From assembly GCA_040954595.2 (NCBI GenBank), contig CM082579.2, forward strand, positions 9,661,625 to 9,725,624: a stretch of DNA of 64,000 nucleotides. The letters are read 5' to 3'. Under the pieces are notes generated by a model, which was given only the letters and a program-made list of their open reading frames with translations, did no database searches and was not told the origin of the DNA. The first letter of the stretch is position 1. The number at the start of each line of letters is the position of its first letter. The position numbers and the translations under genes are program-made. Origin of the DNA: Balanoglossus misakiensis. Its lineage: Eukaryota; Animalia; Hemichordata. Positions 27,166-39,600 of this stretch are shown one piece after another.

Positions 27166-30100
27166 ATGGCGCTGTCTGCTGCAAACGCGTGGAAATTCTG
27201 CTGTCGCACGATTTTCGTTTCCAAGCATTTATTAGGACGTAATTATTGTACGTCTCACACTTTCGTTAAACATATTCTTCAAGAAACCGCGGAAGATGTC
27301 AAGAGGAACGTTCTAGTAAAGGTACTGTTCACAATTCGCAACATTGATTCAAGTGCGTGTGGTACTGTTTAGCTACAGTTCAGTAGCTCTGTAGGTTGTG
27401 CATCTGAACGATTACACTTACAAGTTACAGTGATCATGATTTGACATTTGGACGCAAAATACTATAGGTTAATTAGTTTATACTTCCTGATTTAGCTTTG
27501 TTACTTCCTTCCGAATACCCTATATTTACCCTTAAGTTGAAAACATTGTACACTTACAGACTAAACCAAAACACGAATAACTGAAACACCAAAATGCCTG
27601 GTGCCCAGTGTATTTAAATGTACATTGTACGATGTACATCATAACATGTATATTCTCCTATATCACTCAGCAGCTATCAATTTCACTGGTACATGTAAAA
27701 CAAGTAGACGTCAATCACTCTAAAGTTTCATCAATTTGTTATTATTAAATGATAGTCATTAGTTTGCTTAATTTTATGAAAAGTTTATGAAAAGTTTGTA
27801 GAAATAACCACATAAATCTTAAAATACAGTTCAGTACTTTGAATTATATATTATTAAATACCAGACAATAGTTTATCGTTATATTCTAGTAACATCGCAA
27901 TCATAAATTTTTTTTCACACAGGGCTGGGTTCGTTCTCTTCGATCACACAAAGGAGTAACATTTCTTGATATCAACGATGGTTCCTGTCTGAAAAGTATC
28001 CAAGTTGTTCTTCACCAAGATTCATTGCCTAGGTGAGTGAATTGTGACAGCAAATTTTACTCATACAGTGTTCTATTCAGGATTGTACCAGCAGTGATTC
28101 ATCTAGAGTCTTGATGAAACACTGCTCATCTTTCATTTATGATAACCCTGTACATCATAAGTTTTCACAACCAAAATATTCATTTCAAATCTGATTTTCA
28201 ATATTAATCCAAAACTTTTTAAAGTTAATTCCTTCTGAACGTTACGTCGATTCCTGAAACAGTCTTTGTGTAATGATCATCCTTCATTGTTGCACTTTGT
28301 TCCACACAGTGACCTGAGCTATGGCTGTTCTGTAGAAGTAGCAGGCAGACTGGTGCCAAGCACCCACAAAGGCCAAAGGGTAGAAATTCGGGCAGACAAT
28401 GTCAATGTGATTGGCGAATGTAATCATGAAGTAAGTCCTCACAAAATATATGTACAATGTAGTTGTAATGCAATATTAGGGTGTGTTTCTGAAAAATTCT
28501 TGATAACTGGCGTCTACTTTATTTTTTCAAGGCATATCCTTTCAAAGTAAAGACGAGACATGCACAAGATTACACCAGACAGTTTCCACACTTAAGATGC
28601 CGTACAAACATTTTCGGTGCTCTCTTGAGGGTTCGCAATGCTGCTACCATGGCGATACATTCATTCTTCCAAGAGCAAGATTTTGTTCACATCAATACAC
28701 CCATTATTACTTCAAATGACTGTGAGGGCGCTGGTGAACTCTTCCAAGTTGAGGTAAGAATGAGTGTGTTTTGATGGTAAAAAAATAATATAATAGATTT
28801 ATGTGTTATGTGACACTAAAGCCAACAAACGACATGGACATAAAACTGCTGTCCTGCTAATCATCCTTCACACAGCATGACTAATTTCAAATACTTTTGT
28901 CACCATGTTTTTGATAGCAGTCAGTGGCATAGCTGATCACCATCAAGAGTAGCCATCAATGTGAATTTAGCAGAGTAATTGCTTCTGTGTATTAAGAATA
29001 ATGGTCTTTTCTTTGTATTATTGGTTTCACTGGTACCCAGATCAGACAATTCTGCACGAGCCTGGTTTATAGGCTTCTGCAGATGTTGCTTTTGTTGCAG
29101 CTCTGATATGGCAGGCTGGTCTAACTTCATGTAATACAGACAATCCCATGATTATATGTGTATTGGTAATACTGCGATAAACATTCTTAGTATAAAAACT
29201 ACGTCACTTTGGTATCACCATCACAATTTACTTTAATTTGTTTATTTTTTGCCTTTGAAGCCTAGCAACAAAGCAAATAGTCCAGTTGCACAACAGGCTC
29301 AAGACACAGAAAATTCTACAGATAATTTTTTTGACAAGCCGGCATATCTCACAGTATCAGGGCAACTCCATTTAGAGGTCATGGCAAGGTGAGCTGAAAC
29401 AATGTATCTCTTCAGGATGATAAACATTATATCCTTATTGGTGTTCTGTGCTGTACACTTTCAGAGGCAGGTAACTTCAGAATCTGTTCTATCTACATGT
29501 TCAGACTATTGAAAACAGTTGGGGTGAAATTACAATTACTTAGCTGATGTCTGATATAGTCACCTCAATGTAAACATTGGAAGACTTTACAGTCTTCTTG
29601 ATGGGTCTTGCCTACAAACAATGCGTTACTTTTGATTCCCTCTCAGTGCACTATCAAAGGTGTACACTTTTGGGCCAACATTCAGAGCTGAGAACTCACA
29701 AACAAGGAGGCATTTAGCAGAATTCTATATGATAGAAGCAGAGATTGCATTCACAAGGAATCTGGAAGATATCATGCAAGTAAGTGTGAGACATTTGATA
29801 TGTGTGATACAAAGTATCTAAATAAATTAGTTTATGATTTTGTAATTTCACGAATTGAATCAGTACCACTGTAAACTCCAAATTGTTGTGGTAGCCCCCA
29901 TAATACAGTCTCACAGAAAAGTCCGTCAGCCATAATAATTTAATTCTCAAACTAAAATTGAATATCAAGTAAATATCAAATGCACCATACAAACATATTC
30001 TGGAAATGGCTATGGTGGGTGAACAATCAATACAATTGCATGGATACATTTGAAGATAAGACCCAGAGAAGAAGCTCAAATACAAGATCATTGAAAATTG

Positions 30101-32801
30101 CTGCAAATACGTTTAAAATCCAAATTCAATGTTGAGTGTATACCTGCCCAACAATATTAAACAACTCTTAATGTTTGCAGCAGGGACTTTCTGTTACATC
30201 ACATATACATACTTTCTATAACTTCATGTTGTGGGATTGCTGTTTAGGTCATGGAGGATTGCGTAAAATGTGCAACTCAAAGAATTCTTGACAGATGTCC
30301 AGAAGATGTGGAACTCTTCTTCAAGTATGTCTCTCCAAAACAAAAGGTAACTGTTGGAGTCACTTTAATAAAATATAAGATATTGCACAAATTCTGAAGG
30401 AGTTTAAAGTGTGTAAACTTAATTTAAGTTATACTGCCAGACTTTTCCACTATTTTTGATAAATCTCATGCCATAACATTTCAGGAAATAGTGGATAGAA
30501 TTCTCCAGAAGACATTTACAAGGTAAGTACATGTACAGTACAGATAAGTGTTTCTGTACCGCTATTGCAAATTGAATCACATCAATGGAAGGTGACAATA
30601 TCCGCCATATTGTTTTCCACGTTTTGTCATTTTCTCAGATAGCGGGTATTCCTTGGCACAGACAAGAATTGTGCTATACCTGACAAGCCCTAGGTTCAAT
30701 TACACACTGAGTGTATATATATACATGTACATAACTATGTCTATTTACAGATTAAGTTATACAGAAGCTATACAGATACTACAGAAGAAGAACAAGGGAC
30801 ATTTCCAGTTTCCAACACATGTACGTGAATGACGCTCAGTGTTTGTTGTATCCATAGATGTATAATTAGCTACTTTATGACCTCTACATGACCTTACATC
30901 CTAGTATTGTTGTTGGCATGAATTCATCAGATTTGTCATAAGATCTCCAAAAAACACCATACATGTAACTGCAGCTGTGATCCCTGACTTCTGTACTGAA
31001 TTGCCACTTTGTCCCAAGTTCAAGCGAAATTGTAAGTTTCTTGAATTTTGACTACCACATACTGCCAGGGATACCGATGTGTAGGTTCATACACAGGCCA
31101 TGAAAATGTTTCAAGACATTGGATCACATTTATTGCACATCTGGTTTGGATAACATCTCGAATAATTTTACATATTCACAAGAAACTGTCATGATGTCAT
31201 TTGTTGCGAGTGTGACGAGTTCTATAGGAATATGTCATTTAGATGCATTTTTTCCCAATGTTTCTTTTTTGTTCTGTGTCTGCAGTGGGGTTGTGATCTG
31301 CAGAGTGAGCATGAGAACTACCTGGTTCAGCACTGTGGTAACACCCCAGTCTTTGTGACAGATTACCCAGCATGCATCAAACCATTCTATGCAAGAGAGA
31401 ACCAAGATGGCCAATCCACTGTAAGTTAAGTTTCTTTCATTGACAGCATTACAAATGATGTAGCTGTAATTTTGTATTTGCCATAGGTATATTTCAAAAT
31501 CACAGTAAATCAGACAGTGGATGTCGACTGTACATTAAAACAGAAAGTCCCTTATCAGAGCCTGGTGGCATTCATTATTGTGATTTGCAGGTTGCTGCAG
31601 TAGACTTGCTAGTTGCGGGGGTTGGTGAGTTGTTCGGTGGAAGTCTCAGGGAAGAGAGGCTGGATGTACTCCAGGAAAAACTCCGAAAACTTGGACTGAA
31701 GCAGGAATATGACTGGTGAGTGGCTTTTGTCAGAATATACCATCAACTGGTAATGTTTGTTTTCCTGGAAAAGTTAGCTATAGTTACCATGGCAAATTGA
31801 GATCTAGCCAATCACAGATTTTCAGTGGGTGGCACACGCGAAAAAAAAGCGCCACCATATGTTCTTTAGAACACTGAAATGCTCCATTTCAGCCATATAT
31901 GGGCGTATGTAAATTGGAGGTGACTGTATATACCTTTAAAGGTCTCATGCCATGCTTTGGAAAGTTTTCATTTTTCCACGTCAAAAGCTCACCTAGGGTA
32001 CCTGTCTATGCATTGCTTATTGTGTCGGTTCCGAAAAATGTGCGCGAATGCCGGAATTTGCCCCCTTTTTTCATGCCTGTGATCAGGGAGCCACTTCGCA
32101 CTCGAGCCAGGCGAAGGTATTTGCATATGGACAAACAAGTACACTACGTCGTAGTGTACCATTCTGTTTACAGTAAAGTGTAATTATCGGTCCATGAGTA
32201 ATTAAGTCCACAGACAAAGACAAGCTATATAAACAGTGTTCAAAGCAAAGGAAGCCCTTGCCTCACATTGCAGGCAGAGGATTTACAAAGGTGTGAAAGA
32301 CTATTTGTCCACATCAAGATAAGTCTTCGGCTTAACTTCGAAAAGCCGAAAAAAATCGACTGAGTTGGGTTAGGGGTACACGCCCACCCGCCACTTTTAC
32401 TTGCTTGTTATCTAAGCACAAGGGGCAAAACGCATTGCAAGATAGTAACATACGTTAACTTCAAGACCCAAATAGTGATTTTACGCGTGGTTGTATAGGG
32501 CATGGCATGAGACCTTTAATGTCGCTTGATAAAAATAACTGTGTAGTTATGAGTGTGATGTTTGCAAAATATCAACTTTGATCCCTGATTTGTCAGTGGT
32601 GCGCGTACGTGGTAATTTTTGACAAAAAAAAAGATGTTTTTGTGTACTCGTTTCAGGTACCTTGACCTACGTCGCCATGGATCTGTCCCCCACGGTGGGT
32701 TTGGCATGGGATTTGAACGGTTCTTGCAGTGCATTCTGGGAATTGACAACATCAAGGACACCATTCCTTTTCCCAGGTTTCCCCATTCCTGTCAGTTGTG
32801 A
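27166..32801 (+). CDS. NARS2: Asparagine--tRNA ligase, mitochondrial (12 exons, ~493 aa)
   Basis: Exons 27166-27321, 27923-28032, 28310-28430, 28532-28753, 29261-29388, 29647-29779, 30248-30346, 30485-30522, 30751-30820, 31286-31420, 31591-31715, 32657-32801. Presequence-like N-terminus, OB-fold GWVRS...FLDINDGS, and motifs [52 protein letters not shown] and [22 protein letters not shown]. Confidence 0.95.
31827..31939 (+). repeat. Dispersed repeat (inverted copy at ~57760-57854)
   Basis: gggtggcacacgcgaaaaaa..gcgccacca.atgttctttagaac...tatgtaaattgg.ggt..ctgtata..ccttta matches the reverse complement of 57760-57854. Confidence 0.8.
31940..32515. mobile_element. 576-bp non-autonomous DNA transposon with 16-bp perfect TIRs and TTAA TSD (Kolobok-like)
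   Basis: TTAA|AGGTCTCATGCCATGC ... GCATGGCATGAGACCT|TTAA in the last intron of NARS2. Confidence 0.88.
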
Positions 32802-33686
32802 CGAATGCGGATGTCATAGAAATACATGTATTCAGTGATGCTAACCTTTAATACAAGTGGACTTGTTAGACTTCATCATCGGGAAGTCAGTAACACTTGT
32901 TGCATTTCTACACCAGATTAAAATGATTAAATCAATGTGGGAAATATTTCTGTGAAAATTGTATTGATATTGTCAACATGATTTCCCTAGCTGTGGATGC
33001 ATTTCTATAATTTTTTTCCTCATTTATCATAGAGATGACAGACCTGAAGGGATATTGCACTCTTACTGACAATTTGCAGACAACAAGCAATAGAAAATAC
33101 CCCATTTATTATGTAAATTTTAAAAGTCTGGAAAATAGTGAGTTTGTGGTAATAAAAAGTACAATCTTTAGAAAAACTGCAGTATTTATTGTTTTATGGC
33201 TCGTGTGCACCATTTCCATTATCTACTGTATTCCAATACCTTTCTTGATCAATAAATGTGATTAAGTTGTGGTAGCTCTAATACTTCGCCTTTACCACTC
33301 TTGTCTGACATTATGTTTGCCAAAAAAATCGATCAATCAATCAATGAATATGCATTTCTTGTATACTATATTCAAATGTAATCCATATAACAGGCGGATA
33401 CACCTCTCCTATAAATCAGAACAAAAACATGGTGAGCGTAGCAATAATACTTTCAGTATACAAAACGGTTATCAATTACTGTGTCTGGCGAGTTCTTATC
33501 ATATATTAACATCTCATTTGAATAACAAAAGAGATTAGTGACGCTATGATAAATAGGTAAAGAGAGAAGCGTGGGTTACTATCAGACGCGCGAAACGGAG
33601 TCCTGTCTGTCTGGCACTTTCTGTCTTCGCGCTAACGGGATAGCTTTGCCACGTATTGACTTTGAACCCGCTATTATCGCTGCACA

Positions 33687-36600
33687 ATGCCGAGAGGACG
33701 AAGACCCCGCACGGTATCTGAAGATCGACACCGCAGAAAGCCGTATTCGTACGAGACGTCGACCCCGGGACGCCGTGTTGTTTCGGCAGAAGAGTTCGAG
33801 TTCCCCCCGCCTCCTGAAACAGGTCAGCGCCAAATCTCAGTGTATATATTTTGGCATGTGTTTGTACAAACGGTGCGTACGCATCGTGGTATTTCCTCGA
33901 CTGGCAGCTGTGATTATATGATCATCACATGGCGATTCTCTGAAACCACAGCCGTATATTTGTATCACATCGGAATCATGCTTTAGAAATAGTGTCGGTT
34001 TCACAAAACAACCAAAGCGTGGAACTTGGCGTCCAGCGACATCAAACAAAAGCCCACGACCTATGCTTATAGTCTCGAATGAAAAAAAAATGCAGGGCTG
34101 CATTTCTATTTACATTTGAAAGCTGTAGTTCGTAAATAAATTTTACGAGTATCGACCTGCAGGTTTCATTTCTACGTGTAATATCAGCAAAACAAATTGC
34201 CACTAACAGACTGCACTTGTCCGGAAATGTATCAGTTATGTTTGTTTGTTCAGGAAATGAACATAAACAAACACTTCAAATCTGATGACAGTGCGCATTG
34301 GCGCGTTTTTCGAGCGGAGTTTTATGACCTCGTTTGACCTTGAAGATGCTTTCCAAGCACGAATGACCGTTAATCGACCGACTCTGGATCGTGAACCGGT
34401 ACGTTCACGAAATCGAAACCGATCACTTTATCCAGGACCACTTTCCGGACAGTGATAGATCCCAAACGAATCCGTACCTTTTAGGCTTTGTTGTCATACA
34501 TTTTCACAATAAAATAGATCTCCCTGTTGTGTGCCCATGGATGTTAATTACTGCAAGACAATACGTTAAACTTAAAGGGGCAATTAGCATGATTAATACA
34601 GTGTCCAGAGTTTTGTTTTGTTTTCCATAAAGGGTAGGAAAACAAAGGGGCTACTGACTGTATAACTCTCAGGGAAAAGAAACCAAACACACAATATGCA
34701 GACATTGACCTCCCCCCCCCCCAAAAAAAAAAAAAAAAAAAAAACAACAACAACAACAACAACAAAAACACAATAACAAAAGACAAAATTAGACTGTAGA
34801 CTGCAGCAAATATGTGAGAAGTGCAGATTTTGTGTCATAACCCAAATGATTCACAGGAAGGTTACTGGTTGTAGTGGCCTGAACATGTGTTGTTAGTGTC
34901 TACAATCAGCATGTACATGTATATGTTTGAAATGCAAATTTTGTATACTACACAGTGTGATTGGCATACTGGTCATAGAGGGCGCAATTCATTTCATCTG
35001 TTGATCAATTTTATTTTAAAGTATGTGTTCATTTCCTCTTATTTTTTAGAGAAACAACTCAAGGTGACTGGGATTGATTTCCAGAAACTGCAGAACAGCA
35101 AAGAACATCATACGGATGAGTATGAATTGGAAGAGTTGGTTGTCAGACGAGGACAGCCGATTAATTTGACCATATACCTGAATCAAGAGTACAAGGCTGA
35201 TTCCCATACCATTGAATTGGAACTGAGAGTTGGTAAGTGATTGGGTGTTCTTGTCATCATGATAATTCTCCTCAACCCTTTTCAGTGCACATTTCAGCCC
35301 AAGTTTTGGTAAATTAGTACCAATCATGTGCGGTCCTTCTTTTAGTCAATGTTGGAGTGTTATTGGTCAATTCTTGGGAGTCAACCATACCTCCTTTGAC
35401 AACTGGGTATCATATCATACCATCAGAATGTACTGTAATCATAGTAAAGCTGACCTCATTAAACTGTTCATAAATTGTAATTGTAGATTTGTGCATTGCA
35501 CTTTGCAAAAATCAAAGTTGTTTTGTGGATGTGGTACCATGACAGTTGACAAGTTTGCAGATTATGGGTAGTTACATGTATGTGAATGCATCTTCTCGCC
35601 TTTCATTCTAAGCAATAATCTAAATAACTACCAGGTAGTTCTGTTACGGTGTATTGTTTAATATACATGCACTCCTTTCCCTCCCTCCCCCCCCCCCCCC
35701 ACCACCAGGAAAGCGCCCCCGCATCAACTATGGCACGAGGGTACCGGTCCCCCAGGTCAACAAAGCCGAGGAAGACGACTGGGGTTTGCACGTCGTCAAG
35801 GCGGACGGCAACCAAGTTCATTGTGTGCTGTACACGGCTGCCGACTGTCTGGTTGCCAAGTACAAAATGATTGTGGAGACCTCTCTGAACGGGGACGACC
35901 TGTTCCGCTTTGAGTGTCCGGATGAATTCTACATGATATTCAATCCCTGGTGTAAAGGTAAGTGTCACAGCACCACATTTCTTGCCTGCTATTTTAAATT
36001 TCTACACACAGCAACACGACTGGCAATACGCACATTGTTTTTATGAAGCGTATGTCGATGGGAGCTAGCTATCCCTGTGTGTTAATTTTGTTTTGGGTTC
36101 AGTCATATAATATGAGAATCAGGAAAAGCAATTGAACCGAAGCCTACAGTAAATTTTGCACAAATTTTCTGCTCATAATCATTGTTTACTTGTCACAACT
36201 GCTGTATTAGGATTGTAGGCTGGTATTACAATCAGATTTTCAGAAAGTTAAATTATAAAGTGGAGAAACGCCACCTTGCATATTTTCTGACTGTGAGCCC
36301 CCTCCCCTTCCCCCACCCCTGACCCCACCCATCTCAAAAGCCCCAAGCTGACCTCTCGTTCCTCCTGCTTCATTGGAACAGCTGATGACGTCTACATGGA
36401 AGATGATTCCCGGAGAAGAGAATATGTGATGAATGACACCAACCTGTATTACTACGGAACTGCCCGAACTATTGGGTGGAGTCACTGGTATCAGGGTCAG
36501 GTAGGTCAAAGGGCAGTCATGTGGGTCGGGTCAGGTCAGGTCACATATTGATCTGCAGTCCTGGACTGCACTTGTCCTGTAAGTGTATGGGTGTTGTACA

Positions 36601-39600
36601 TTGTGACAGATTGGAAGCAGCTCACACTTATTTACTTGTTGTGAAACATGCAGTACATTGTAGTTACAGTTTCATGTTTAAATCATTATAATTAATAATT
36701 AAAAAGAGGAAAAGAAAATGGACATTATGTACCCTAAGCAAACATTAGTGTAGCAATATTGTTATAGTACAGATAAGATTGAAGTGAATACCAAAGCCAA
36801 TCGTAGTTTCTTTGCAGTTTTTGTGGACTTTTCACATGGCCTGCCAGTTACATGTATTGTGCCAGTCAGTTAACTTGTAAGTGCACGTTATGGCACATAC
36901 GTGTCATTTGCTTTAAACTAATCATAGAACTTGAAGTAATATTTTGTTAGGATTTCCTGCAACATCGATGCTTTCCAGGGAATTAGTTGAAAGAATAGGA
37001 TTGTCACCAAGCAGTAGACATATTTCCCCTAGATCAGTGTGAGAAAACACCAGTAGGCACAAATCAGAAGCACAGGTACTAGTAGTATAGGTAGAGTCAC
37101 TTTCATCAGTTGCACATAGATACAGCTGAAGTGAGTTGTTCAAATTTTAACAGTTTTTCTCTTTCTCAACATTGGCACCTGAGCAAAAAAAATCATTTAC
37201 AATGTACTGTAGTAGTCTTTTCATTCCCCATTGAAACGGATGATCTGGGGTAAAGTGGAAGAAAAGAGGTTTCAGTGACATAGTTACCATTTTTAAGTAT
37301 TGATAACTTCTTTTTATTGGGGGGTCAGGGGTTCATGTCTTTGTGCGACATGGGTCTTTTAGGCACTGTTCTTAAAATGCTGATTTTTTGTAGTTTTTTT
37401 GAGTTCCCAGAAATCAATTTAAATTGTAGGGCATCTGTTTTCAATGTGTGCCTGTTCATCACAGTCTGAGGAATTCCATTCAACTTTCCTCTCTTTCTTT
37501 CCTTAAGTTTGAAGAAGTGGTCCTGAGGTGTGTTTTCCAGCTGCTGGATGAGTCTGGAATGGCCAAGCGTAAGCTAGGCAGTCCTATACACGTTGTCAGA
37601 GCCCTGTCCGCAATGGTGAGTGTGTACGATTTGTATACTGCCCTCTAGCGTTCAACTTCTAATGTCACAGCAGTGATCAACTGAGATCGACTGAGGATAG
37701 GGTGAGGATTGTACAAACTTGTATACAATGGAGACATATTGGTGCCAGGAATATAATATAATATGCTATGGAGCTGGGCACTTCATTTCCCAGAAAGCTT
37801 AAATGGGAAAATACAGTTTTGTTTTCCTATCACAGTTGAACAGTGAAGATGACGACGGCGTGTTGGTTGGCAACTGGTCTGGCGACTACAGCGATGGCGT
37901 GGAGCCCACTGAATGGACCGGCAGCGTGGCCATCTTTGAAGAGTACATGAAGACTGGCAAACCGGTCTGTTACGGGCAGTGCTGGGTCTTTGCCGGAATC
38001 TTCACCACAGGTGAGTGACTCGGAAAACTCTGGTATTGGAATGAAACAGGGTCAGCTCATCACGTGTGTGGTAGGATCAATAAAATACACAGACATATGT
38101 GGAAGGTCGCTGGTGGTTTTCTGGTTTGGCATTCAACAAGAATTAAATCACTATATTTGTAAAATTATATGATCAAGTTAGGTTTCTGCATATACCAACA
38201 ATAAAGATCTTCTTTTAGCAGAAAATCTATTTTTACTGCATGACAGAGCCTGTCATAGATTTACCGGTACACGAACAGAGAGTATGTCAGAAATGTGAAA
38301 CCAAAGATATATAGCACACGTACAGCACAAAAAACACATTGACACTGTTTATTAACATTGTGAACATTAATAGCCATTCTTTGCCCACTACAGATGTCTT
38401 TCCTTTATATTCATTGCGCTCTTCTTGACGTTTTCATTTGACAGCCATGAGAGCCCTGGGCATTCCCAGCCGTACGCTGACCAACTTCGAGTCGGCCCAC
38501 GACACTGATGGGAACCTGACACTGGACTATCACTACAATGAAGAGGGTGATCCCTTGGAGGACTTCAACGAAGACAGTATCTGGTACGTGTGACATCTTA
38601 TGTTGAGGAGTTTCAGTAGTCACACACATACACAAACACACACACACAATCTCAATCTCTCTATATCTACACACACACACACACAACAACAACAACAACG
38701 AAAAACAAGATAAAAATATAATTACCAGAGAGTTTAATTAGATAAGACTAGTCCAGTGCTGGCAATAAAGTTAGACAAATGGCACTAATGGTTTTGTTTG
38801 ATGTGGCAGGAATTTCCATGTATGGAATGACTGCTGGATGGCGAGACCTGACTTGGAGCCCGGATACGGTGGCTGGCAGGCAGTGGACGCAACACCACAG
38901 GAAACCAGTGAAGGTACGTGTATTGTATTGCGTTTCCACTTAGGTGTGATGGAGATAAGCCTTATTTGCACTGTTATGTATTCTGGGGAATTGTGTGTAA
39001 AATTTTGTTGATAAAATCCACAATTATTTCCTGTACATGGATCTCTTTTATTTACATTATGGTTTGTGTATACGGTTACTTGAGGTTCTGTAAAGATTAG
39101 GGATATTTTATCTATGTATCAAGTGTACAGTATGCACATGTTTATGTCTGCAAAGGAATTCATAGCTGGCCTCATCATGTAAGGCATAAACGCATTTGAT
39201 GAAATTGTGATAGAAGGAAAAGAGTGTGTGGACCACTCACGCGCACTTAACAGGCAAAACTTTATATTTGTATTTGTTTGTGATTCAGGGGTGTTCCGCA
39301 CCGGCCCATCACCGCTGACAGCCATCAAACGTGGTCACGTTTATCTCAACTATGACACAAAGTTCATCTTTGCTGAAGTCAATGCGGAGCGTGTTGATTG
39401 GATTATCAAGAAGGACTCCAAGGTAATTAATTGAAAGTTACTGAATTGACAAGGTCATGTTGCAGAGAGCATGGAAGGTGTAGCTAAGTCCTAAAATCTG
39501 CAACAACTCAGAATGCATATTCATGCATACAAGTGTGCATTTGAAATTGGTAGCCATGCAATGATGATTTTGTAATTCTCTCCAATACTCCATAGAGTCA

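Noticed and set aside
33571-33921. GTG-initiated MGYYQ ORF as a myristoylated transglutaminase N-terminus
   Set aside because: Non-ATG start, and a different frame from the one that splices correctly at 33822.
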